A stretch of DNA of 41,666 bases from an uncultured bacterium (lineage in GTDB: Bacteria; Pseudomonadota; Gammaproteobacteria; Enterobacterales; Pasteurellaceae): positions 1 through 41,666 of the forward strand of contig CAJMPC010000001.1 of assembly GCA_905215245.1 (NCBI GenBank), written 5' to 3'. Below are positions 19,597-29,500 of this stretch, piece after piece; position 1 is the stretch's first letter; the number at the start of each line of letters is the position of its first letter. The notes below the pieces were generated by a model. That model did not search any database. It was not told the DNA's origin and worked only from the letters and a program-made list of their open reading frames with translations. The position numbers and the translations under genes were made by a program.

Positions 19597-20127
19597 TTAC
19601 TTTTTAGTTAATCCATCAAGTTTTGGTTTGATCTCAGTGAGCCATGTCTCTCTATCCATATAGCCAGAATGACGATAACGGATCATGCCGTGCTCATCGA
19701 CAATATAGGTTTCTGGTGCACCATCTACGCCCAATTGCATCGCAAATTCACCACGGCTATCGTCAATAGTGAGTATAAATGGATTGCCCATGCGTTCGAG
19801 CATCGCAATGCCGTTTTGAGGTTTGTCACGATAGTCGATTCCAACAATGGGCACTTCTTTTGAAATTTCCATCAAAAGAGGGTGTTCCTGTTGGCAATAG
19901 CCACACCAACTTCCCCACACGTTAAGTAGGAAAGGTTTCTTTGGAAAATCTCTCGGGCTGACAATTTGACTCGGTTCAAGCAAATTCGCTTGATAGAATT
20001 CCGGCACAGGCTTATCAATGAGTGCTGAGGCAATTTGTTTTGGATCTTTATGTAACCCAACAAAAAGCAGTAAGCAAATACTCAATAACAAAATCAGCGG
20101 TAAAAACAAAATAAACTTTTTATTCAT
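19597..20127 (-). CDS. dsbE: Thiol:disulfide interchange protein DsbE/CcmG (NrfX)
   Basis: [12 protein letters not shown] thioredoxin motif, GVDGAPETY and an N-terminal membrane anchor. Confidence 0.92.
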   Translation of the reverse strand: MNKKFILFLPLILLLSICLLLFVGLHKDPKQIASALIDKPVPEFYQANLLEPSQIVSPRDFPKKPFLLNVWGSWCGYCQQEHPLLMEISKEVPIVGIDYRDKPQNGIAMLERMGNPFILTIDDSRGEFAMQLGVDGAPETYIVDEHGMIRYRHSGYMDRETWLTEIKPKLDGLTKK

Positions 20128-22024
20128 CACGTTTTCTCTTCAAATTGATAGCTGAACATAATGCGCCAAGTGTCATTAAAATGCCCCCGAGCCATAACCA
20201 GCGAATAAGCGGTTTGTAATGCAATCGGAATGTGAACTCGCCTTTGCCTAAGTTATCCCCCATAACAATGTATAAATCGCCCCAAAAGCCAGCATCTAAC
20301 CCTACTTCACTCATGGTCATAGTTCGAACATCATAATAACGGCGTTCCGGTACAATTTCAGCGTAAGGTTTGTCTTGTTTTGACACGCTAAAGAAAGCGA
20401 CTTCGGCGGTAAAGTTTGGCCCAATTTCATTAGAAAAACGATCGTAGTGGAATTCAAATTGACCTAATTGTTGGCTTTGTTGTGGTGCGAGTCTAACACC
20501 TAATTCACTACCAAAGTAACTACTCATTACGGCACCCATTGTGGCAATCGCCACGCCGCAGTGTGCAAGAATCATCCCGAAATAGGCAAGTCTTACTTTT
20601 GTCCAATTTTGCCATAAGGTGACGAATAATACCCAAATAGCGAGGGTGAGCAACACATAAGCGAAGAAATGGAAACGTAACGCACTGTCATTTTGCAACG
20701 CGTTCCAAATCATGCCATAAGCAATTACTGCAGCGGGAATAAGTAATAACAGACGTTTGAAAAAGCGTTTTTTGTCTGATTTAAACCAGCTTAAGCAAAG
20801 CGTCGCCGCCATCGCAAAAAGCACTAACGTGAGCAATGGCAAGAAAATACTATTAAAGTAAGGGGCCCCCACAGAAATACTTCCCCAATTCATGGCTTGG
20901 AATAGCATCGGATAGAAGGTGCCTAAGAAGGTACTGACGGTGGCGACGGCCAATACGATGTTTAAACCTAAAATAGCCCCAGTTTTAGAAATGAGTGGAA
21001 ATTTGACCGCACTTTCATTGGTATTTGTGCGTAGGGCAAATAAACTGAGTGAGCCGACAGTCAATAAGAAGAAAATAAGTAATAGTACATAACCACGGGA
21101 GCTATCTAAAGAAAAAGCATGAACAGAGGTTAATGCACCTGAACGGACAATAAATGTGCCTAATACACTAAATGCAAAAGCGAGTAGGGAAAAGAGTGTT
21201 GTCCAGTAGCTAAACATGCCTTGTCTTTCAGTCACCATTAAGCTGTGTAAAAGTGCAAGTCCTAATAACCATGGCATAAGTGAGGCGTTTTCTACAGGGT
21301 CCCAGAACCACCAGCCACCCCAGCCTAATTCGTAATATGCCCACCAGGCACCGAGCACGATCCCTAACGTTAAGAATAACCAAGAAACGAGAACCCAAGC
21401 TCGCATCGCACGTGCAATTACTTGTGCAGAACGATTAAAGATTAAGGCAGAAATTGACATGGCAAAGTTAACAGCAAAGCCCACATAACCTACATATAAA
21501 AGCGGCGGATGGAAAATTAAGCCAATATCTTGCAGCATTGGGTTGAGATCTCGCCCTTCTGCAGGGGCAGGAAAAGCACGTCCAAATGGATTGGAGTAGA
21601 ATAAAATGAAAATAGCAAACCCAAGACAAATTAAGCCGAGTAAAGAAAGGGTTTGTGCAGAAAAAGTGCGGTCATTTTTACGAGAGAAAAAGGCAAAAGC
21701 CACTAACCAAAGACTTAATGTGAAAAGCCAAAATAAAATGGAGCCTTCATGTCCGCCCCAGGTGGCGGCGACTTTAAAAAATGTCGGGAGTTGAGAATTG
21801 GAGTGCGCTGCCACGTATTCCAAAGTGAAATCATCTGTCGCAAAAGAGTAGGCAAGAATACCGATAGAAACGCTCGTAAAAATACCGAAGCAATAACTTA
21901 ATCCCCAAGCCGTGTTGGTGAGAGAGGGTTTATTTCGCCAAATACCAATTTGCGGCACGATAGAAAGTAAGAGTGCCGCGGTGGTGGCAAAGAGTAATGA
22001 GAGAAATCCGAATTCGGGGAGCAT
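20120..22024 (-). CDS. nrfE: Heme lyase NrfE (CcmF family)
   Basis: WGGHEGS, LNPMLQD...HPP and [12 protein letters not shown] (WWD domain); lies within the nrf cluster. Confidence 0.94.
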   Translation of the reverse strand: MLPEFGFLSLLFATTAALLLSIVPQIGIWRNKPSLTNTAWGLSYCFGIFTSVSIGILAYSFATDDFTLEYVAAHSNSQLPTFFKVAATWGGHEGSILFWLFTLSLWLVAFAFFSRKNDRTFSAQTLSLLGLICLGFAIFILFYSNPFGRAFPAPAEGRDLNPMLQDIGLIFHPPLLYVGYVGFAVNFAMSISALIFNRSAQVIARAMRAWVLVSWLFLTLGIVLGAWWAYYELGWGGWWFWDPVENASLMPWLLGLALLHSLMVTERQGMFSYWTTLFSLLAFAFSVLGTFIVRSGALTSVHAFSLDSSRGYVLLLIFFLLTVGSLSLFALRTNTNESAVKFPLISKTGAILGLNIVLAVATVSTFLGTFYPMLFQAMNWGSISVGAPYFNSIFLPLLTLVLFAMAATLCLSWFKSDKKRFFKRLLLLIPAAVIAYGMIWNALQNDSALRFHFFAYVLLTLAIWVLFVTLWQNWTKVRLAYFGMILAHCGVAIATMGAVMSSYFGSELGVRLAPQQSQQLGQFEFHYDRFSNEIGPNFTAEVAFFSVSKQDKPYAEIVPERRYYDVRTMTMSEVGLDAGFWGDLYIVMGDNLGKGEFTFRLHYKPLIRWLWLGGILMTLGALCSAINLKRKRDE

Positions 22025-22128
22025 AGTATTTATTCTTCAGTATTAATGGTTGTATTTAACAAAATAAGGTTAATTTTAAGCATGAAAAACATACGCAAAA
22101 TTAACCGCACTTTAGTCTTTTAAATAAA

Positions 22129-22155
22129 CAAAAGGCGTATTGTATACGCCTTTTG
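22129..22155 (-). terminator. Terminator-like hairpin between nrfD and nrfE
   Basis: CAAAAGGCGTAT-tgt-ATACGCCTTTTG with an A-rich left flank. Confidence 0.75.
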
Positions 22156-22175
22156 ATTAAATAAGAAGTTTATCC

Positions 22176-23141
22176 TTACGCAACGGTAAGTTGTCCTGCA
22201 TACAAGATGAAGTAACGTAAGCAGAGAACCCCGATTAAGTCGAAGATTGACACAAGGATAATAAAGTTCTTGTTGTATTTTAAGTTGTCTTTTACTGCAA
22301 GGTTCGCAAGTAGAGGAATTAAGATACCAATTAAGAATACCCCAATCCAGAACACTGCACCCCAGAAGCCGGAAAGTGCATTGTGTAATGCAACCACTTT
22401 CTGACCACCACCGAAGTGTAGACCAACAAAGAAACAGATTAATAAACCAAGTTCAGTCACCATAATTGGCACTTCAAATTTATGAATGAAGTGTGATTCA
22501 TGGCTATCACCTTTTAATTTACCTGCAATGAGGATAAATAAGAAGGTTGCTGCGATACCTGAAGAGGTACCAGAAGCCAGGAATAACGCTGGTAGAACAG
22601 GGTTATTCAACATTGGGTAACTGATCAATGCTGAAAGTAAGAAACCAGTATAAGCCCCTAGCACAGCGGCTAAGATGAAGAGAATAACTTCTACAGGACC
22701 AGTTAAACGTTCTAATACATTGATAATTTTACCGACGAAGCCAAGTTTTGGCATAAAACGTTGAATGAACGCCATGATATCTTCTTTGAAGATAACCGCA
22801 CACCAACATACCAAGAACAGCATATAAACTTGGAATAACATTACCCCCATAGACATTACAGAGTTGAATTGATAGTTAAACATCAATTTCCAGAATGTCC
22901 AAGGACGTGCCAAGTGGAAAATTAACAGGGTTAAACCAATTAATGTTGGCACAGAACCTAAAACGGCGGCCGCTCGGATAATCCAGTTTTTGCTAGGATT
23001 TTCTAATTTGTGACTACGTTTATAAGCAATCGCTAATTGTACCGCACCGGAAGAAATACCAAGTAAGAATAAATAGATAGCGATTGTTGAATCCCACACC
23101 AAATTAGGTGTGTGAAACGGAACAGGATAATCTAATGTCAT
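22176..23141 (-). CDS. nrfD: Nitrite reductase membrane subunit NrfD
   Basis: WDSTIAIYLFLLG, HLARPWTFW, SVMSMG and YTGFLLS; polytopic membrane protein. Confidence 0.96.
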   Translation of the reverse strand: MTLDYPVPFHTPNLVWDSTIAIYLFLLGISSGAVQLAIAYKRSHKLENPSKNWIIRAAAVLGSVPTLIGLTLLIFHLARPWTFWKLMFNYQFNSVMSMGVMLFQVYMLFLVCWCAVIFKEDIMAFIQRFMPKLGFVGKIINVLERLTGPVEVILFILAAVLGAYTGFLLSALISYPMLNNPVLPALFLASGTSSGIAATFLFILIAGKLKGDSHESHFIHKFEVPIMVTELGLLICFFVGLHFGGGQKVVALHNALSGFWGAVFWIGVFLIGILIPLLANLAVKDNLKYNKNFIILVSIFDLIGVLCLRYFILYAGQLTVA

Positions 23142-23815
23142 CTTCTTGGCTCCCCGTGTTGGAATGGAATATGGTAAAGATTTGGTTGAGTACCTAATTC
23201 CACTTTCGTGCGATAAACCGGTTTTTCTTTCACTTTGCGGGAAACTTCGCTGCTTGGGTCATTCATATCACCAAAGGTTAATGCTTTGGTTGGACAAGCT
23301 TCTACACAAGCAGGTTGTTTGCCAGCTGCTAAGTTTGTATCGCGACAGAAGTTACATTTATCCGCAGTACGGTGTACTGGATGAATGAAACGTACGCGGT
23401 AAGGACAAACTGCAACACAGTATTGGCAACCTACACAAAGATCTTTATGCACATCGACGATACCTGTTTCAGGATCAATAAATGATGCACCGGTTGGACA
23501 AACAGCCACACAAGGGGCGTTTGTACAGTGTTGGCAAGATTGACGGAAAAACTCGTATTCTTGATTTGGGAATTCGCCGTAAGGTTCACTACGGAGAATT
23601 TCCAAACGTGAAACGCCTTCAGGAACGTGGTTTGTTTCACGACAAGCATCCATACAAGCGGTACAGCCGATACAAGCTGTTTCGTCGTGTACCATTGCAT
23701 AGCGTTTCGGTTTATCCGCCTTTTCCTCTTTCGCTAAAGAGGTAACTGATGTCCCCGTCATAAGGATTAATGCCCCCATGCCGGAAACAAAGTTTCGGCG
23801 TGAACAAGCTGTCAT
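23138..23815 (-). CDS. nrfC: Nitrite reductase Fe-S subunit NrfC
   Basis: Tat signal SRRNFV and four Cys clusters (CIGCTACMDAC, CQHC...CVAVCP, CVGCQYCVAVCP, CNFC...CVEACP). Confidence 0.96.
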   Translation of the reverse strand: MTACSRRNFVSGMGALILMTGTSVTSLAKEEKADKPKRYAMVHDETACIGCTACMDACRETNHVPEGVSRLEILRSEPYGEFPNQEYEFFRQSCQHCTNAPCVAVCPTGASFIDPETGIVDVHKDLCVGCQYCVAVCPYRVRFIHPVHRTADKCNFCRDTNLAAGKQPACVEACPTKALTFGDMNDPSSEVSRKVKEKPVYRTKVELGTQPNLYHIPFQHGEPRR

Positions 23816-24480
23816 TATTTATCCTTTTGTTCGGTTGATTGCGTTTGTGATTGTGTATCTTTTGCCGCTTTGCGTTTTTGTTGTTCGCCGTGGCAATCTA
23901 CACAAAGTTTCACACGATTTTTCGGTTGAATACCTTTCATCGCATCATCTTTCGGGTGTAATGTGTGGCAGCTTGCACAAGGCAATTTCATTGCGTGAAC
24001 ATCGTGCGCCCAAAGTTTTTCACGAAGTTTTGCTGGTTGGTGACAAGCAAAACAAACTTGGTTTTGTTCTTGCGCGGTATACATTGGTTTTTTATCACCA
24101 AAGATATCACCATCAAAACGCATCACATCTTTTGCACCACGACGGTGATCTTCCGAAATATTACCGTGACAGTTTACACAGTTAATCGGTTTACCTGTGT
24201 TAGGGCTTTTTTGATTTAAGTGTGCGCCGTGGAATTTACCAAAGTGTAATTCACCACCAGATTGATCTAAAGTTTGGTTTTTATCGACTTTGTCAAATTT
24301 GTGACATTTTGCACAATATTGGTTTGGGTCACGTTGGTTATCCAATTGTGGCTCATAAGTGAGTTGAGAGGCAGGTGTTTTTGCCATCTCTTCCGCACTT
24401 GCAGCCATTGGCATTGCCGCAAGCATTGCAAGCAATGCGAGGGATTTTGCCGATTTGCTGATTAAAGAAGTTAAATTCAT
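23815..24480 (-). CDS. nrfB: Pentaheme cytochrome c NrfB
   Basis: Signal peptide and five CxxCH motifs (CAKCH, CVNCH, CFACH, CASCH, CVDCH). Confidence 0.96.
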   Translation of the reverse strand: MNLTSLISKSAKSLALLAMLAAMPMAASAEEMAKTPASQLTYEPQLDNQRDPNQYCAKCHKFDKVDKNQTLDQSGGELHFGKFHGAHLNQKSPNTGKPINCVNCHGNISEDHRRGAKDVMRFDGDIFGDKKPMYTAQEQNQVCFACHQPAKLREKLWAHDVHAMKLPCASCHTLHPKDDAMKGIQPKNRVKLCVDCHGEQQKRKAAKDTQSQTQSTEQKDK

Positions 24481-24511
24481 TCTGATTACCTCAAATATAT
24501 GGTTAAAAATG

Positions 24512-24546
24512 ACCGCACTTCGACACTTTAAGTTACAAAGTGCGGT
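24512..24546. repeat. Inverted pair of uptake signal sequences between nrfA and nrfB
   Basis: ACCGCACTT (24512-24520) and AAGTGCGGT (24538-24546). Confidence 0.9.
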
Positions 24547-24553
24547 TCTTTTT

Positions 24554-26077
24554 TTATTGTTTTGTTGCGGTATCTTCAGCTAATTTGCCATTGGCTTTCG
24601 CTTCTTTTACCCATTGAGGTACAACAGTTTCTAAGAATTCTTTTTTCGCTTGACGTTCTTTCTCGATATCAATACCCATTACTTTCCATGCTTTATCAGC
24701 TGTAGAAATATCTGGTACTTCAACCGGAGTTTTCACGCCATGTTTAGTTAAGATTGCTGCAAGTTTAGCGCGTGCATCCGCTGCTTTGTCTATGCCAGAA
24801 CCTAATACGCGAAGCATTACATCAGGTGCGTGCATGTGACCACCGTGGCTTGCTGCTGCGTAGTCCCAACGCCATTGAGCGTGACGGATATCCATTAAAG
24901 CAGGTTCCATTTCTTCTTTAGTTGCACCTGCATCCCATGCCGCTTTCGCTTCAAAGTGAGCACGAACAACTTGATCTTCTAAACGACCCATTACATCTTT
25001 CACTTCTTTTTTACGTGAAGCAACGATGTCTTTAAGTTTTTCTTTGCTTTGATCGTGACAGTTTGCACAAGTGGTATCAAATGCATCGAATGGGTTTTGG
25101 ATTTGGTGGTCGGTGTAAACTTTACCGTCTTTACCTTGTACTTTAGGCATGTGACAGTCGATACAAGTTACGCCGTTTTTACCGTGCATACCTAAAGACC
25201 AAATTTCAAAGTCAGGGTGTTGCGCTTTTAACATTGGTGCTTTAGAAAGAGAGTGAGTCCAGTCACTGAAGCCGATATCATCGTAGTATTTTTCGATGTC
25301 ATCAACAGTTTGACCGTTGTTCCACGGGTAGGTTACTTGTTTTAAGTCGCCCGCGAAGTAGTATTCAACGTGACAGTTTGCACAGATTTCAGCACGTTTT
25401 TCAGTACGAGCAGCTGTGTTAAAGCTTAAGTTAGCTTGTTCTTTACCTTCAGCTTTTGCTTTTGCTTGAAGTGCATTATTTAAGTGATCTAATGCACGAA
25501 GAACGTGTGGACGAGCAATACGTAATGCAGGTTTGCCTTCAGCAAAGTCTTTAGAGGTCGTATCGTGACAGTCAGCACAACCGATCGAGTTGACAATTTC
25601 TGGTCCACCTTTAGCCCATTTGGCACCAAAGTAACCATCTTCACCCCATTCTGCAATTAAACGAGGAACGTCTGGACCTTTACAAGTCCAACATGCCATT
25701 GGTTGTGGGCCATCATTTGCATTTTTGGGCGCACCAGTACGTAAAATATTACGTACATCTTCTACTGCATAAACGTGACCACGAGGTGCGTTATATTCTT
25801 TTGCGAAAGAATAGCCCCCCCATAACACGATTAAACGAGGATCTTGTTCATTAGCATAGATGATTTTGTCGCCTTTTTCAGTCGCTTTCCACGAATTGAA
25901 TTGGCTAGGATATTTCTCAGCAAATTTTTCATTCACTGCTTCGATTTTTAAATTAGGGTTTGGTGCTTCCACAGGTTGGTCAACAGGCTTATATACCATT
26001 TCAGCCATCGCTGAGTTGTATACACCTAAAGCTGCGAAAGAAGTCGCCAGAATAAGGCTTTTTCTCAATGCGTTCAC
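24554..26077 (-). CDS. nrfA: Ammonia-forming cytochrome c552 nitrite reductase NrfA
   Basis: Active-site CWTCK plus four CxxCH motifs (CADCH, CANCH, CIDCH, CANCH) and LKAQHPDFE. Probable start GTG 26077, 8 nt after RBS GGAG. Confidence 0.97.
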   Translation of the reverse strand: MNALRKSLILATSFAALGVYNSAMAEMVYKPVDQPVEAPNPNLKIEAVNEKFAEKYPSQFNSWKATEKGDKIIYANEQDPRLIVLWGGYSFAKEYNAPRGHVYAVEDVRNILRTGAPKNANDGPQPMACWTCKGPDVPRLIAEWGEDGYFGAKWAKGGPEIVNSIGCADCHDTTSKDFAEGKPALRIARPHVLRALDHLNNALQAKAKAEGKEQANLSFNTAARTEKRAEICANCHVEYYFAGDLKQVTYPWNNGQTVDDIEKYYDDIGFSDWTHSLSKAPMLKAQHPDFEIWSLGMHGKNGVTCIDCHMPKVQGKDGKVYTDHQIQNPFDAFDTTCANCHDQSKEKLKDIVASRKKEVKDVMGRLEDQVVRAHFEAKAAWDAGATKEEMEPALMDIRHAQWRWDYAAASHGGHMHAPDVMLRVLGSGIDKAADARAKLAAILTKHGVKTPVEVPDISTADKAWKVMGIDIEKERQAKKEFLETVVPQWVKEAKANGKLAEDTATKQ

Positions 26078-26224
26078 GATAATCACTCCATTAGGAAAGA
26101 ATAAAAAAACAATTTTAAATGCGAACAATTCCTATTAAGCTTTTGAATTCACTCATAAAAATAGCTCAACGCAAGCATAAGATACCAAAAAGCAGTAGTT
26201 TTCCTAAGGTTTTTTTTCAAAACT

Positions 26225-26238
26225 TTGAGGTTGATCAA
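26225..26238 (-). promoter_or_regulatory. FNR site upstream of nrfA
   Basis: TTGAG-GTTG-ATCAA, 9/10 match to TTGAT-N4-ATCAA. Confidence 0.8.
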
Positions 26239-26253
26239 ACTTTAAAATAAAAA

Positions 26254-26269
26254 TACTCACAAAGGGGTA
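26254..26269 (-). promoter_or_regulatory. NarP 7-2-7 site upstream of nrfA
   Basis: TACTCAC-AA-AGGGGTA versus consensus TACYYMT-NN-AKRRGTA, centred 30 bp upstream of the FNR site, similar to the E. coli nrfA layout. Confidence 0.75.
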
Positions 26270-26587
26270 TGCTGGGTGTAGAAAAAATGGTAAGAGGAGA
26301 ATACCTTGAAAGAGGAAAAAGTGCGGTTGATTTTCATCTTGTTTTTTACTTGTTTGAGAGAGATTAAATCCTTGTGATTAGTCACTCTAGATGGCTTTTT
26401 CTAATACCATTGTTACGCAAACGTTAAAATGTAAATTTTTTGTAAAAAACAGTGTAAAAAGCAAACATTTACTTGATCTTATGCTTCGCTCCTATATACT
26501 CCAAGAACTTTATTATTTACTTGCTTAGTTTGCATTATTTTAGCTTCGCAACAACTTATTGGCCTATTTGTTTGGGAGAACCTTTTT

Positions 26588-29500
26588 ATGAACAAAGTAT
26601 TTAAGATTATTTGGAACAAAACGACACAATCTTTTGTCGTGACATCAGAATTAGCGAAAGGGGCAGTAAAAGCCTCTTCAAACTCAGAACAACGTGTAAC
26701 AAGCGAAACACGTTTATCTTCTCTTTTCAAACTTTCAGCATTTGCACTTTCTTTGTCTGCTGTGATGATGCCGGCACAGGCTGTAGATTTAAGTACTCCT
26801 CTTATTAAAATTACGGCTGGAAGAAGTGGTAATATGTTTACTGGTGAAGCATCTGGTGGTGGCGGTTCTAATATTGCGATAGGTAATGAGGCAACAGTTG
26901 CAAATCAAAATGCTTTTGGAAGAAATATAGCTATTGGTTCAGGAGCTTATATATCTGGAGCATATAGCGAAGAATCTATTGCAATAGGTAGTACAGGAAA
27001 AGGCCCTCAAACTCAACGAACAGAAGTGAGAGGCGATCAATCTATTGCTATTGGTGGAAATACTTTGGCTCAAGGTAATTCATCTATTGCAATTGGTAAT
27101 GATGATCTTAATAAAGTCGGTGCCTCAACTTATACAGGGGCAGAAAAGTTTATTCAATATGATAAGAGTGGTAATAAGACAGGCGAATATATTCTAAATG
27201 GAAACGCTTTAAGAAATATCTATAAAGAGATGACTGGTGATACGATGAACCATGGGGCGTACACAAGCACAACTTCGGGAGAGGGGGCTGTTGCTATAGG
27301 TGTGCAAGCATATTCTCCAGCAGCGTTATCATTAGCGATAGGTACGAAAGCTAATGCATCTGTTTTTGGGGCGACAGCTCTTGGTACAGGGGCAAAAGCA
27401 GATAAATTAAACTCAGTTGCATTAGGTACTGCTTCAGTTATATCTAAGGCTGGTAAGGCTTATGTTGAAAGAACTATCTTAGGTACAAAATATACTTGGG
27501 CGGGCGGTGCACAAGTAGATGAAGGTGATGTGGTTTCTATCGGTAACGTAGGCTATGAACGTCAAATTATTAACCTTGCACCTGGTGATATTTCTGCAAC
27601 ATCTACTGATGCAATCAATGGTTCTCAGCTTTACGCTGCGATGGCTGAAATTGAAAAAATCCGTTATTTTTCGGTTAATTCGACTGTTGAAGGGAACAAA
27701 AATAATAATGGTGCAACGGCAGTTAATTCTATTGCAATTGGTCCTGATGCAAAATCAAGTGCAGTTAATGGCGTTTCATTAGGTAATAATGCAACCAGTA
27801 ATTATTCAAACTCTACAGCGATAGGTTTTGCGACTCATGCGGATGGCGGTAATGCTACGGCTGTTGGTACAAATGCTAAAGCTGTTACCAACTCGACAGC
27901 GCTAGGTTCTAATACAGATGCGAAAGAGTTAGGTGTGGCTATCGGTCATACTGCCTCTTCTGCTTATGCAGGCGTTGCTACAGGGGCAAATGCAAATGTT
28001 AGTGGTATTTATGGTATTGCTGTAGGTAATAATGCTAATGCTTCTGCACAAGCATCTATTGCTATCGGTAAAGGTGCAGTAGGTACAGCAGCTGATGGTG
28101 TAGCGATTGGTTCATCAGCTAATGCAACGGTACAAAATTCAGTTGCACTAGGTAAAGATAGTGTTGCAGGTGGCAATGTTTTCGGTGGAGCTGCCCATGA
28201 AGCCGCTTTCAAAAATGATACTGGCGTGAGTGAAAATAAACAGTTTAAAGCAGGTTTAGCTAATAATTCGCTTGGTGCTGTTTCAGTTGGTAAAGAAGGT
28301 TTTGAACGTCAAATTCAAAATGTAGGTGCGGGCCGTGTTACTGCAAACTCTACTGATGCAATCAACGGTTCACAGCTTTATGCCGTATTAACTTATAGTG
28401 GCTTTAACGTACAACAAAATGGTACTGATAAATCACGTATTAATAACAACGGTTTTGTGAACTTTAAAGATGGTAATTTAACCACTGTAAATGTAACTGA
28501 TGCGGATAATGGCACCATTGTGAAATTTGATGTGAATACAACAAATTTCACGACTGATGCAGCAGGCAATGTAACTGCAGCGAATCCAAATAATATTGCT
28601 ACAGCAGGCGATGTCACTGACGCAATTAATAAAGTGCGTAACATGCCAATTACTTTCACGGGTAATACCGGAAGTGCGGTCAAAAAATTAGGTGAATCTT
28701 TAGGCATTGTAGGTGATGGTACCGATATTACAAGTACAGCCGATGCAAACAATGTGACATTTAAGTTAAATAAATCAACAGCCGTTACAGCAGGGGATAA
28801 TAAGGCTGTAACCAGTGGGGCAGTTGATACCGCCATTAAAGCCATCAACTTGATTACAGCAGGTAATACAGGGGCTGGCGCGGTTAATCTCGCAACACAA
28901 TCTTTAAATATCACAGGTTCAAATGGTTTAACTACCGTAGCCAAAGATAATGGCATTGAAGTGAAAATTGATGATGAAACCCGTAAGAAAATTGATGCTG
29001 CAAGTTCGGCAAAAGAGGTTTCAGCTTCGGTTTCTGGTTCATCTGCAGTTTCTGTCACACCAAATGGCACAACAAAAAATGCTGATGGTGTAGAAGTGAC
29101 AGATTATGCGGTGGATCTTTCTCAAGCAACCAAAGATGATATTCAAAAAGGTGTTGATGCGAATACTACCGTTAACACTAAAGGCTTAACGTTTACTGGT
29201 GATACTAAAGAGTCTGATGTTAAGAAATTAGGAGATAAAGTCGCTATTACTGGTGATGATAATATTACCACTGAAGCGAATCCTAATGGTGTTCAAGTTA
29301 AGTTAAACAAAGATCTTAAAGTTGATAGCGTCAAGGCCGGTGATACAACCATTAATAACGATGGTTTAACTGTTAACGGTGGACCAAGTGTAACTAAATC
29401 AGGTATTAATGCAGGTGACAAAAAAATCACAGGCGTTGCAGCAGGTACCGATGACACTGATGCAGTGAATGTTTCACAATTGAAAGAAGTGAAAGAGATT

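Noticed and set aside
23146..24465. Several short alternative-frame or antisense ORFs within nrfB and nrfC
   Set aside because: They overlap well-supported genes and show no motifs or ribosome-binding sites.
26374..26387. TGTGA-TTAG-TCACT upstream of the adhesin as a CRP site
   Set aside because: The spacer is 4 bp; CRP requires 6.
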